Of a DNA stretch of 64,000 nt, positions 12,611-24,297 are shown piece by piece. Position numbers and translations under genes: made by a program. Origin of the DNA: Felis catus (lineage: Eukaryota). Numbering within the stretch: position 1 is the first letter of the stretch; the number at the start of each line of letters is the position of its first letter. The notes beneath the pieces were generated by a model. That model had not been told where the DNA came from and ran no database searches. It saw only the letters and a list, made by a program, of their open reading frames with translations. The stretch lies in NCBI RefSeq assembly GCF_018350175.1, contig NC_058382.1:60080001-60144000 (forward strand), read 5' to 3'.

Positions 12611-12745
12611 ATTCATTCACATCTTATACACACGGGCTTGACTGTGTACTGAGCACTCGCCAAGGCACTTGGGGTCTGTCCTTGAGAAAATGGACAGAAA
12701 GGCCCCTGTGCAGGGGCTGCCTCGTACCAAGCTAATCTGTAGTGA
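12611..12745 (-). mobile_element. Possible L2 3' end remnant
   Basis: attcattca...tgtgtactgagcact...ggcacttgggg...acagaaaggcccctg...aagctaatctgtag follows the antisense L2 3' end pattern. Confidence 0.4.
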
Positions 12746-12831
12746 GTGAGCCATGTAGTGGGTGAGTGCCGTGTGGGGCCCGTGGACACAGCAGGTCTGT
12801 GCCTCTTCTGTGGGGTTGTGTGTGTGTGCAG

Positions 12832-13045
12832 TTTTGTTGTTTTATTTATTTTGATGTTTATTTTTGAGAGAGAGAGACAGCGTGAGCAGAGGCGGGAAGA
12901 GAGAGAGGGAGACACAGAATCCGAAGCAGGCTCCGGGCTCTGAGCCGTCAGCACAGAGCCCGACAGGGGCTCCGACCCACAAACTGTGAGATCGTGACTT
13001 GAGCCAAAGTCAGATGCTTAACTGACGGAGCCACCCAGATGCCCC
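12832..13045 (-). mobile_element. CanSINE
   Basis: T-rich tail, gagagggagacacagaatccgaagcaggctcc body, ends cagatgcccc. Confidence 0.9.
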
Positions 13046-13748
13046 TGCTGTTTTAAATCATCAGCACCCATCAGAGTCACTTGGGAAAATGGTTAAAAAA
13101 CACAAAAAATAACTGTGGGCTCTCTGGGGGCAGCCCCTAGTTTCCCCAGGAAATTACGGTGTTCAAAGAGTAGTGGGTTATGGACCATTCCTATGTTGGT
13201 TTTGGTTGGAATGTCCCCTTTGCTGCTTGAGAATTTGGGCTCAAATCTAGCTTGGCTGTGTGGGCCTGGGCACGTTATTAGCTGGTCCACGCGGTGGTCT
13301 GCTGATCCGCGCAGGGAAGGCGCTGTGGTGCCCTCTCCCGCTTTGAGGGTTGGGTGTCTTCTTCCACGCAGAGCCCTGGGGGCAGTCCTGCCTGCCATGA
13401 CTCTCCTGGGGGGAGTGCCTGAGGGCCCTTTGCTCAGTCATTGCACACGGGTGAGTGATTCTTGTGCTCCCCCTGGTCACAGGTCACTGGGCCACGTCAC
13501 AGAGCATTTTTTGCTTCTGAATGATCCTGTTTTACCCAAGAGTATACAACTTGGGCGATTAGCATAATCTTGGAATTAAAACAGGACAGTCTATGAGTCT
13601 ACCCTTTTCCCTTTTACTTAATTTTGGTTTTTATTTAATAAGAACTTAAAAAACAAACCAACGTATGGTTATAGGTAAGGATATAGAAAACGATTTGAGA
13701 TTGCCAAAGAATGAGTTGAACATGTAGTTTTTAGAAAACAAAACGATT

Positions 13749-13950
13749 GGGGCTCCTGGATGGTTCCGTCAACTTGGGTGTCAAACTCTTGATTTTGGCT
13801 CAGGTCGTGATCTCACGGGTTCATGGGTTTGAGCCCCGTGTCAGGCTCCACGCTGACATTGCAGAGCTGGCTTGGGATTCTCTGTCTCTCACCCCTCCCC
13901 CACTTGCTCTTTATCTTTCTTTCAAAATAAATAAAAATACACTTAAAAAA
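13749..13950 (+). mobile_element. CanSINE with degenerate 16-bp TSD
   Basis: agaaaacaaaacgatt (13733-48) versus agaaaacaaaatgact (13951-66); AATAAA tail. Confidence 0.88.
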
Positions 13951-13974
13951 AGAAAACAAAATGACTGAGGGAGA

Positions 13975-15340
13975 GAGAGATTGATCATTGGAACTTAGAG
14001 CCTAGAAATAGCCCCGCTGAGCTTTGACAGAGGGTCGAAGACCAGTGGGGCAGGGCAGCCTTTCAACACACGAGCCAGGGCACTTGGACATCCCCGGGCA
14101 GAACAAGCGAGATGAACCTCGGTGTCCCATCATACCTGGAAGAAAAACTAATTGTAACCGGAGCACACGTTTAAATACAAAACTGTAATACCTGTAGATG
14201 AAGACGTAGAGGAAAGCGTTTGGGGCCCGAGGCCCGGCTCAGACCCCCAGACTTGACAGTGAAAGCACCACCCGTGGAAAAGGAGGTGTCAGACATGATG
14301 GAAATCACCAAGTTCTGCTCCACGAAGACCGGTGATGAGGACGGAGAGTCGGGCTGCAGATGGGAAGGGCATGCTGGTTCACCACGCGCCTGGCAGGGAC
14401 CGACGGCACACTCACCTGTAGGAAAAAAGCCCGGTTAGAAACCGGGCAGGAGACTCGAACAGGTACGTTGCCAAAGAGGAGATCTGGGTGGTGAATGGGC
14501 ACGTGACTATTAGTCGTCAGGGAGACGCGAGTCCAGACCGCACCGAGGGTCGCTCCACGTCTGTCAGAATGGCGAAAAGCACCGAATGCTGGCGAGGATG
14601 CGGAGAAACTGGGTTTCTCATCCCTTGTTGGTGGGAATGTGAAAGGTACAGCTGTTCTGGAAAAGTCTGGCGGTGTTTTTCGTAAAGCTAAACGTGTACT
14701 TCCCATAGGGCCCAGCAGCCACATTCTTGGGCATTTCTCCCAGAGAGATGAAAACTCAGGTTCACGACTTCTACGGGGATGTCCATGGCAGTGTATTTGT
14801 AAGAGCCCAAACCTGCCAGTACCCCAGATGCCCTTCTAGAGTTAAAGGTTCACAGACCCCTGTGCCGTGGGAAACTGCGCAGCAATGACGCCGGTTGAAC
14901 CGGTGCTCGCTCTGCCCCTTGGATGATCTGGGGCTTCCGCTGAGTACAGAAAGCCAGTTTCCAAGGTCACGAGCTGTTTGATTCCACGTCTGTAATATTC
15001 TCGAAATGTGAGGACTGTAGATGGAGAGCAGGTTAGCACTTGCTGGGGGACGGGTGGGGCTGGGAGGCCGGGAGTGTCTAAAGGGGCAGCATGAGGCCGC
15101 TGCTCGTTAGCGGTGGCACGGTGACGGCACAGTCACATGGGGTCGATCCGTGCACAACCGCACACGCGTGCACACGTGCGCACAGAAACTGGCGGCGGAG
15201 TCCAAGCGAGTTCTGCCGTCGCACTGACGGAAGCGTCCCAGTGTTGATTTCCTGCTTCTGATGCTGTACTGCCGGCTTTATGGGATGTCGCCACCGGGGA
15301 CCTAGGACTTGATGTGGTACTTCTATTACTTCTATAGTTA
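13975..15340 (+). mobile_element. Old L1 (L1MC/ME-like) ORF2 3' end and 3' UTR remnant
   Basis: Hallmark L1 segments: atgctggcgaggatgcggagaaactgg...ttgttggtgggaatgtgaaaggtacagc...tggaaaa...cccagcagccacattcttgggcatttctcccagagagatgaaaac. Confidence 0.75.
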
Positions 15341-15344
15341 TTTC

Positions 15345-15375
15345 ACAGCAGAACCTGTAGGGGATACGTTCGCAC

Positions 15376-15458
<83 letters not shown>

Positions 15459-15820
15459 CTCTCACACACACACAGTGCACCAGCACACCCTGTAGAGGAT
15501 TTGTTATATGGAGTTGGCTTACGGTTGTGGGGGTAGCCAAGCACGCTTGAAGTCTAGGGCAGGTAGGCAGGAAGGGGAGATCGGGATCAGCTGGCAAGAG
15601 CTGTCCGGCGTCTCCAACACCAGGGACAGAACGCCTAATCCTCCTTTGGAAGGGCTCTCCTGATCAGGCCAGGTCCATTCAGGGTAGTCTCCCGTCTGGT
15701 TAATTTAACGTCAGCCAGTTGGGACTTTTAATCCAACTGCAGAATGCTTCACAGCAGATGCACATCAGTATCTGGTTGAATAACTGGGGACTGTAACTCA
15801 GCCCAGGCAAGACATTTGCA
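15345..15820. mobile_element. MLT2-like (ERVL) LTR remnant hosting a compound microsatellite
   Basis: cagaacc...ggata, then the microsatellite, then gaggatttgttatatggagttggcttac...gaataactggggactgtaactcagcccaggcaagaca; resembles the recalled MLT2 layout. Confidence 0.55.
15379..15454. repeat. (TG)19(AG)19 compound microsatellite
   Basis: Counted directly: TG 15379-15416, AG 15417-15454. Confidence 0.95.
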
Positions 15821-18433
15821 TTCTTGTGGCAGTTTTCCTGTAATCAGCCCTCAGACGACTACTGCATTCTTACTCGTGTGATATGGATGTTCCTTAATTT
15901 TTAAAAAATGAAATATTCTTCTTACACAATTTGAGGTCGATACAAGTACATTGCGTGAGTTGAAAGGGTATAGTTTCTGGCATATTGTGACCTTGATATT
16001 TAAAAACAATGCATTCATTGTTTTCTTAAATGTTTCCATTATGGTATGAATACTATTACCCGTTTAAAAGCATCCCATGAATAAGCTTTCCACAGTTGAA
16101 TTTCACCCTATTCCTTTTGCTTTTTGGAAGTTCGTGCCCCGCCCTGCAGTTTACCTCATCCACTGGGCTGACGTAGTCCTCCTTTGCAGCGGACACGTGG
16201 ATAGAAATTGCAGCTGGGACCTGTGTTTCCCGTAGCCACGGGGCTCAGCTCTTTTGGCTGAGTTCTCCTTACAGTCACTAGTGCGTAGCTGAACAGAACA
16301 GCTTACGTGTGTTACTTGTGTGACTGATTTTTAATCATTCGGTGTCATGAGTGTGTTTTTGAGATGGATGGGGCTTTAGATTTAGTTAATTCTTGAATCC
16401 GTGGATGATAATGACTTATCACTCAAGGTGAGACAGGGTTCGGCCTTGGTCCTGCTTCCCTTGGTGGTTTTTAAAGTTTTGAGTGCTGAGAAACTTGGTT
16501 CCCGTGAGGGCAGAGGCGCCTCTCAGCTTCTCAGGTCGTTAAGGTCTTTGTACACTGTCGTCAAGAACTACTTCTGATCATCTGTGAGCTGAAAAGGTCC
16601 CTTGGTCCTCCGTCAGTTTCGTTGAGAACAAGGAATGGTAACCCAGTAACTCACCCGGCGGTGCTTGGTCGGTCAGCGGAGGCGTAGACTCTTCACGCCC
16701 CGCCTGGTGTCTCAGAGTGGCCCCGTGTTCCCTCCCGGGGGCCCGCATCCCACATTCACGTCCTTTTGTTTCAGGGTGGGAAAGGGGCTTTGTGAAAGGG
16801 AACAGACACATTGACGAGGGTGCTCTCTCAAGGGAAACATTTTTGGAAAATAGTACGTTGTGCAAGGTGAGGACTGGGACGTTGCATCGTGAGAGCTGCC
16901 CGCACCCGGGAACCCCCCGAAAGTCTTGGGGTACATCTAGGGTGCCTCTTCACATTGAAGCTGGTTGCTTCAGAACATCCTTTCCTTGATCTTAACAAGA
17001 ATCGTTAAGGAGAAAAGGTACATTTACTCAAACAATTTGCCAGCTGGTGCCTTGAATAAATTTTAATCTTTTTTCTCCAGGACTTCTGAGACCTCTACTG
17101 TGCTCCTGTCCATTGTGAATTCTCATTAGGGAACTGTTGTCACCCCGCAGGGTCATCGTGGTTAGTTGCTCAGGGAGGAGTGGAGAGGAGACAGGTGCAT
17201 GCATGTGGGATCCTGGGGTGGAGGGAGCAGGGAGCAGTGCCCCACGGGACATACTTCAGGAGAATACCCAGTGCATACAAACCATTCATCTCCTGTTTTG
17301 AAAGAGGGAAGCTGAAATCTTCAAAGCCTGTGGGTGGCCACAGTACCAAGTCGAAGGTCACCTATGTCACTTGTGAGGCCTGCCTGTGGACAGGTTGTAA
17401 GGATCTGGTGGGTTACTTCAGGTGTCACCAGAGAACAAACAGAATTGCTGAAAATACAAAGTTTTGAATGAAATGCAATTGATCATGCTTTTATTTTAGA
17501 AAACACCTCACGGTCCTGCGATTTACTCGGACATGAGGTGGTGCCATTTGTGACCCTGATTTTGGGAGGGGGCGTTTAACAGCCGTGTCGCTCTGAGACG
17601 GGGCTGCGTTTTCTTACGTGCTTTTGGTTACATGAGGTTTTCTCACGTGAGAGCAGTGGTTCTCCCAGAGTCGTGAAATTTAAGAACGACCCGTGCTCAG
17701 GTGGCCTTGCCGTGCATTTCCGGTGCTCTCTGGCCCTGCAGCCTCCTGAGAGCGTGCTCGCACTTCCTGTGGCCAGAAGATGAATGACCGAGCAGTCTCC
17801 TGGAGAACCTTGGTGGGATAAGCTGCTGGCTGCTGCTTAAACTCACAGCGCCACCTCGAGGAAGGTCCCCGCATAGGGGCTCCGTTCTTGCGTGGAATCG
17901 CTTTCCTTCAAAGCAAAGCCCTGTGTGTGGGCCACGCACTCCCCTAGTAGAAGCCGGAGGTGATAAATGTCAGGTGTTTTTGCCCACAGTCCTTCTGTCG
18001 TGTTTGCCCCTGTCCTTCCGGAGCTAACATTTCGGAATGGTGTCGATACGTGTGGTTCTGAAAGCCTAGGCTGCCGCGCAGGCATTCCTTGGGATGGGAC
18101 GAGTGAAAATACCAGCTGAGTTTCACGCAGACATGCTACTTCAGGAGCCTCACTGTCACCTGTGGCCTTTGGTGCAAATACTCTGATCTCAACTCAACTA
18201 AGCATACTAGCAGCGAGGGGTGGTAAGCTCTCGACAAAACAGTTCACCTCTGGTCTATCCTATGCCCGGTGTAGACAGTAAATCACTTTAAACGTGACTT
18301 CTGTGTGGGGCCCCCTCCCTCCCGTAGCGCAGGTCATTGGATGCTGAGTGTATTGAATTACTCTTGTGTATTCTGACAATGAATGTTGTTGTTTTAAGGT
18401 CTTCTTTTTCTTTGTGATTCTTTTGTTCCCTAG

Positions 18434-18550
18434 CGCCGTCCCCCAGACTACAGTAATACTCAACAGTGATCGGCAGAGCGCCATTGTAGCCAAGATGGAA
18501 GAACCCTTGGGCAACAGGGCACCGGACCCCCTGGAAAGTACCGTTAGCAA
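18434..18550 (+). CDS. BANP: BANP coding exon, 117 nt, phase 2-2: (C)AVPQTTVILNSDRQSAIVAKMEEPLGNRAPDPLESTVS(N)
   Basis: Polypyrimidine tract and TAG acceptor (AG 18432-33); donor GTCAGT at 18551. Peptide is visible in ORF 18366..18632 and resembles recalled BANP. Confidence 0.9.
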
Positions 18551-20207
18551 GTCAGTAGCCACCACACCAACCCCACCTTTCACTGCCACTGCCACCGCGA
18601 TGAGTCCCCTCGAGAGCCACTCCACGTCCTGAGCCGGGCACAGCCGGTCGGTCGAGCCCAGCGGGCGCGGCCCACCGTTGTTTGTGGTGGGCAAGGGCCG
18701 TGCTGCGTGCGGGCCCAGGTCCTGGTGTGCCAGCTGGAGAAGGGGACGTGTTAAGGGGGGACGCACCGGGAACTTCTGTGTCCAGTGCTCGCGTGCCCGG
18801 TGGGGAGGTGGCTCTGTGTCTCCACAGCAGCCGGTGGAGCTTGTGCCCTCCTCCCTCGACCACCACTTCCTCACGTGTGTCTGTCTGTCTGTCTGTCTGT
18901 ACAGCAGCGTGTCAGGTCAACAGACACCTTCTGTTGAGTTCGCTAAGCGATGAAGGCATTTCGAGGTGATGATTTTCCTCTCCCACCTTTTTCTCTTGAG
19001 ACACTGGAACTGTAACCTTGGTCAGAAGTGAGGGTGCGTAAGAGGCATCGTGTGACGGGGAAGCGTGCTGTGGACGGCCCTGCCCGGCGGTCTGGGCTCC
19101 GCTTTTCCTGGCGACCTGCCCCGAGACGGTGGTTTCGCTTATTGTTTCCGTCAGCGTGTTCACAGCGTTCTGTTTGCCTTTTTCTCTCCGTGCCCTCCGC
19201 AGATTGTTCCCGCCCCAGCTCTGTCCCGTTGTCTTTATTGTCCGAGCCCAGGCTCCCAGGGCCTGGCTGTGCCGCGGGCCTGCCGTGTCGGGTGGCGGCA
19301 GAAGAGTTGTTGACGCTCGGGCTGAGGAGATCTGGGGATCTGGGAGGCGGGGTCGGGAGGTGAGCTTGGGCAGGCTGCTGCGGGGTCGAGTTCAGAAGCC
19401 GGAGCCCCGGCCTGCGGCACGACCACGGTCGGAAGCGTGTTTTTGTCTTTGTGAACGGGGACCTCGGGCTTCGTCCCCCTTCTCGGTGCTTAGCAGTCCC
19501 CACGAAGGGATGTGGAGAGGGTCGCGGTGGAGGCAAGTAGCTTGTCTCCAGGTAACAAATACGTATGTTTTGAGCCTTTTTTGGAGCTGGCGGCTCGTGC
19601 CCGGTTTTTCTGGCAGTTTCTTACTGCTCCGTAGCAGGACCCCTTTAGTGGTGAGAACGTCTTCGGGAGAGTCTCGACTGGCTTTTCAGACCCGCTTCAG
19701 TGGTTTTTGTTGGTGAGAATAGTTAGGAGTGTTGACTTTGTTAACAAAGGCTGAGTCCCTTCTAGAAGGCCTACCAGTGTGGAGTGGATTGGGTCAATGA
19801 AGTCTCCAGGCACACCTGCTCTCCGATGAGTCTGTCCCATGACACAGCCCTGACAGTCGCTCTCGCTCAAGTGCCGGCATTTTGTGGGAGCACCTCCACG
19901 ATCAGAGAGCCGCCTTCTAGGCCTTGAGTCACCGTGGGTTGTGGTTTTACTTCTTCTGCGACACGAACACGTTTGTCGACTTGTACGTCTCACACAGTTT
20001 CTTCCAACCCCAGACCGTTTCGTGCGATTCGGTCGCTGTTCCCCCGAGTAGAGAGAGCGGTGTGGGAAGACTCGCGAGCTGCCGCCTCGTGCGGTTAGGT
20101 TCTCTGATGAGTGGAGGAGAGAGGCGCGCGGCGGCTTCAGCGCTAGTCTCTGCTCGTTGCCTGTGCTGCTCTCACAACATCGGCTGGTGTTTTTGTTTCC
20201 CGCTCAG

Positions 20208-20383
20208 CGCGGTGCCCGGGAGACGGCAGAACACCATTGTGGTGAAGGTGCCGGGTCAGGATGACAGCCACAACGAGGACGGGGAGAGCGGGTCCGAGGC
20301 CAGCGACTCCGTCTCCAACTGTGGACAGTCGGGAAGTCAGAACATTGGGAACAACGTCACCCTCATCACCCTGAACTCGGAAG
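20208..20383 (+). CDS. BANP: BANP coding exon, 176 nt: AVPGRRQNTIVVKVPGQDDSHNEDGESGSEASDSVSNCGQSGSQNIGNNVTLITLNSE
   Basis: Acceptor ttttgtttcccgctcAG (20206-07); donor G|GTGCGC at 20384. Peptide lies within ORF 19924..20415 and the frame is continuous with neighbouring exons. Confidence 0.93.
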
Positions 20384-20432
20384 GTGCGCCTGCAAAGCTT
20401 CTTTCCTTTGCCTGAATGGCAGTAGGTACAGC

Positions 20433-20467
20433 GTTCTGTTCTGTTCTGTTCTGTTCTGTTCTGTTCT
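20433..20467. repeat. (GTTCT)7 pentanucleotide repeat about 50 nt downstream of a BANP donor
   Basis: Seven perfect units counted. Confidence 0.92.
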
Positions 20468-20494
20468 GTGTGTTTTTTGCTTTTCAGGAAAATC

Positions 20495-20972
20495 GTACGG
20501 TCCCTACCTTAGCACAATAGTCCAGCTTGATGGTTTTCCGACTTTACGGCGGTGCACACGCGGTCCATGTGCAGTAGCCATTGTGCTTTGGGTTTTGAGT
20601 TTGGATCTTTTCCCAGGCCACCGACGTGCGGTCCGATCTTCCCTCCTGGCGCGGGGCACCGCGATCGTGAGGTCGACGGCCGGAGCCCCGACAGACGCAC
20701 TGCACCCACACTGCCATTCCGTCAACTTCAGCGGTGTTGGTGCGGTGGCCGCATGCGTTCCGTGAGCGGTTTCACGCGTCGCGATCTGTGCGAGATGACT
20801 CCGCCCAGCGACAGGCTGCCGTGAGCGCTGTGAGCACAGTGAAGCTGGGCCGGGCTGGGGCACGATGTTTGGTAGGTTAGGGGCGTTAAGTACATTTTTG
20901 ACTTTGAATGTTTCCAAACCCGCGATAGGTATTTTGGGACATGACCCCATCCTGAGTTGAGGGACATCTGTA
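20495..20972. mobile_element. Tigger4-like (TcMar-Tigger) DNA transposon remnant
   Basis: Ends gatgtttggtaggttaggggcgttaagtacatttttgactt...gaccccatcctgagttgagggacatctg-TA; internal ttttgagtttggatcttttcccagg. Both resemble recalled Tigger4b. Confidence 0.65.
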
Positions 20973-21675
20973 TGTGTTTGCTATTTGTAAAACGTGGTAG
21001 GAGACAGTGGAAATTCTACGCACGTTCAGGCGGTTTCTGAGGGCTTTCTGGTGACGGACACACTGCTGTGCTTCTAGTACCAGGAGCTGATCATTGCCTT
21101 TGAACAGAGGTCTCTCCACGTCTCTGATGGGGGCCGACGTAGGTGCCCAGAGGGGACCGTGCCACCTCCCGCGAGAGGCAGAGGGAGCTGCTTGGCGGGC
21201 GCCCGGACCGGAGCCCGTTTCGCCCACACCGCGTCCTGTCCCCCTACTTCTCCTGCCACAGTCTCCGTAGCCACCTGGTGCCTCTGTCCTGCCTCTGCAG
21301 GCTAACGTGGGCCAACGTGGGCTGCCCACATGGCCTCCCACAGCACGGGGAGGAGGGGGAGTGCAGGCGTGTTAGTGCAGTGTTCCCGACCTGTAAAGCC
21401 TGTGCTTTATTCACTGGTAAACTTGTGCGGTTTTTTGCTTTACGTCTGAGTTGTTGATTTTGACTAAAAATGCAACGTAGCTTTCCTAAAACGATGATGT
21501 AGATTTACTGAGCCACGATGTTTCTGTGAGACCAGTTACCGTATCTGAAACATTGAAAACAGTGTTTTTCTCAAAGTCTTGCTCACTTCTGACATAAATA
21601 GCAAGGATCAGGACAGCAGAGCAGGGGCAGGGAGAGAAACAGTTTAGTGACCGCCTTTTAAAAAAACCGAGATCA

Positions 21676-21883
21676 GGGGCGCCTGGGGGGGCTCAGTCTG
21701 TTAAGCGTCTGACTTCGGCTCAGGTCGTGATCTCAGGGTTTGTGGGTTCAAGCCCTGCGTCGAGCTCTGTGCTGACAGCTCGGAGCCTGGAGTCTGCTTC
21801 GGAGTCTGTGTCTCCCTCTCTCTCTGCTCCTCCCCTGCTTGTACTCTATTTCTTTCTTTTTCAAAAATAAACATTAAAAAAAC
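21676..21883 (+). mobile_element. CanSINE
   Basis: ggggcgcctgggggggctcagtc head through aaaataaacattaaaaaaa tail. Confidence 0.92.
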
Positions 21884-21936
21884 GTTTTTTTTTTTTAATT
21901 AAAAAACATCTGATTTAATTACCATAGATTTGGCCT

Positions 21937-22158
21937 ATTTATTTATTTATTACATTTACTTATTTATTTTGAGAGAGAGAGAGAGACGGAGCATGGGCAG
22001 GGGAGAGTAGAGAGAGAGAGGGAGAGAGAGAATTCCAAGCAGGCTCTGAGCTGTCAGCCCAGAGCCCGACATGGGGCTTGGACTCACAAACTGTGAGATC
22101 GTGACTTGAGCTGAGATCAAGAGTTGGATGCTAAGCTGTCTGAGCCTCGCAGGTGCCC
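21937..22158 (-). mobile_element. CanSINE inserted at the end of an L1 remnant
   Basis: (TTTA)n tail, (GA)n segment, ends caggtgccc. Confidence 0.9.
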
Positions 22159-22159
22159 T

Positions 22160-22580
22160 AAAGTTTACCATCTTAAAGCATACAATTCAGTGGGTTTTTA
22201 AAGTACATTCACATAGTTGTACACCCAGCCCCCGGTCTAATGCCGGGACATCTCTGTCACCCTGGAAAGCAGCCCTGGCAGCCACCGTCCACTTCCTGTC
22301 TTTGGAATTATGTGCTGCAGGCACTTGGCACACGTGGGCCATGCAGTGCCGTCCACGGTGTGGCGAGTATCGCCGCTCCGATTCTTCTGTGGCTGGGTCC
22401 TTCTCCGTCGTGTGAATGGACCACATTTTGTTCATCTGCTCATCTGTCGACGGACACTTGGGGTGCTTCCGCTTTTTAACTGTTCGGAACGTTCGTGAAC
22501 AGCTGTTTGGGAGAACGTGTGGTTTTGTTTCTCTTGGGTAGCACCCGGCAGTGGAATCACTGGGTCAATTTTTTACACAT
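22160..22580 (-). mobile_element. L1MB-like 3' remnant
   Basis: aagtttaccatcttaaagcatacaattcagtgg...tacattcaca.... The minus-strand ORF begins MNKMWSIHT, similar to the L1 ORF2p C-terminus. Confidence 0.65.
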
Positions 22581-24056
22581 TAAATTTAAGAAAGAGAGGG
22601 GTGTCGCCAGTGTTGGCGAACGGGCATTAAACATCCGTGGAGGAGATGGTGTTCGCAGCAGTCGCAGAGAAGCCTGATTGTTCTCTCTGTCCGGGTGGGT
22701 CCTGGGCGGGCACGCACACAGTTCTGACCAACCACTTAAGGCCTGGTGTTTGTTCGGTCTAAAGTGCGTCACCTAAGGCGCTTAACACTCGATAACGCCA
22801 GGAGTTTCTGAGGTTGTCGTAGATACAACATATTTCATCTTTTTATGTGTGTTACTGTGATGTGATTAATGTGAGATATATTTCATTTGGAGGAACTACA
22901 GAGTGACACAAATGAACATAGAAAAAGGGGTCAAATTTCCAGCTTATAAATGTCTGCGGGGGGAAAAAATACAGATTTTCTTTTGATCTGAGAGTTCTTT
23001 ATGAGCTGATGCATTTGTCGAAAGCGTTACCCTCTAGCAGATTGTTTCCATCAGATATGACTCTTGGACGGTACCTGTTGTTAGGATTGGGCAGACGAGA
23101 CAGAGTTGACTGATTCTGAATTTTACCTTATATCAAAGAAGAGGTCATAATTCAGGAGCATTCTGCCTGACCGTTGCACTAGGAGAAAACGTGCGGTGAC
23201 ACGTTTGTTGTGCTGACACTCCTCGGGACGGTCCCCGCCGGCACTTTGCCTGCTGTGTGGAGGCCGGGCCGCGCCGCCCTCGTGGCACCGTGGTCTGTGT
23301 GGGAGGACACGGAGGCGGACGGAGTCCTCTTTAAGGGGGTGCCTCGGACGTAACTGTTGAGGAAGAAGCTACTCCGCTAACATCTCGTATCAGAGTTACT
23401 ATCGACCGATAGTGGCACGTTCCGTGAAACACGTCTGTGAGGCGGATGGGTGCGCGGAGAGGTGGGTGAGCGCTTTGCCCCACGACTAGAACCCCTCGCT
23501 GAGCTGGAGAGAGCGTCAGGCAGCTACTTGTGTTAGAGGAGGACCGTTCACACGCAGAGCCCTGAAGGGCCATGAGCTCGGCTTTCGTGGGGTCATTTAA
23601 CTCCTGCTGACAGCCCAGAGCTGCAAGTACTCAGACCGTTCTTACCTTCGTGGAAAAGCATTTAAGTGCTTGCGGTTTTAGAAACCACAGGTTTCAAAAT
23701 GGTTTATTTCTTAAGAATTCCAGACGGTTTGCCCGAGTTGACGTGCCGTTTTATCTCACATTTGGAGTCCGATTATTTTCTGCGAGGTATCGTAGCATTT
23801 TGTCCCCATGTTTTTGTGTAGGCTATTTTGTCTGTCACGGCACAGATTTCCTCAGAATCAGAGGAGTGCTAACTGTTGAGGGCAGTGGGCAGTAAACTTA
23901 CTCTGGTTCCAATTCCTCTCTTCTCTCGGCGTTGCGGTCATAGTTCAGCATCGGGGTATCATCATTCAGAGGTTAAGCTGGCCGAGTCAGAAACAAAGCA
24001 GCTAAAATAGGACCAACGATGGAATGTGTTAAAATCAACGAAGAGACTTAGTGATT

Positions 24057-24297
24057 TTTTTTTTTAATTTTTAATGTTTATTTATTTATTTATTTTTTGA
24101 GAGAGAGAGAAAGAGAGATGCAGCATGAGTGGGGGAGGGGCAGAGAGAGAGGGAGACACGGAATCCGAAGCAGGCTCCAGGCTCCAGGCTCTGAGCTGTC
24201 GGCACAGAGCCCGTCGCGGGTCTCGAACTCACAAGCCGTGAGATCGTGACCTGAGCCGAAGTGGAATGCTGAACTGACTGAGCCACCCAGGCGCCCC
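24057..24297 (-). mobile_element. CanSINE with TSD aga(c/t)ttagtgatt
   Basis: TSD at 24044-24056 and 24298-24310; full body. Confidence 0.92.
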
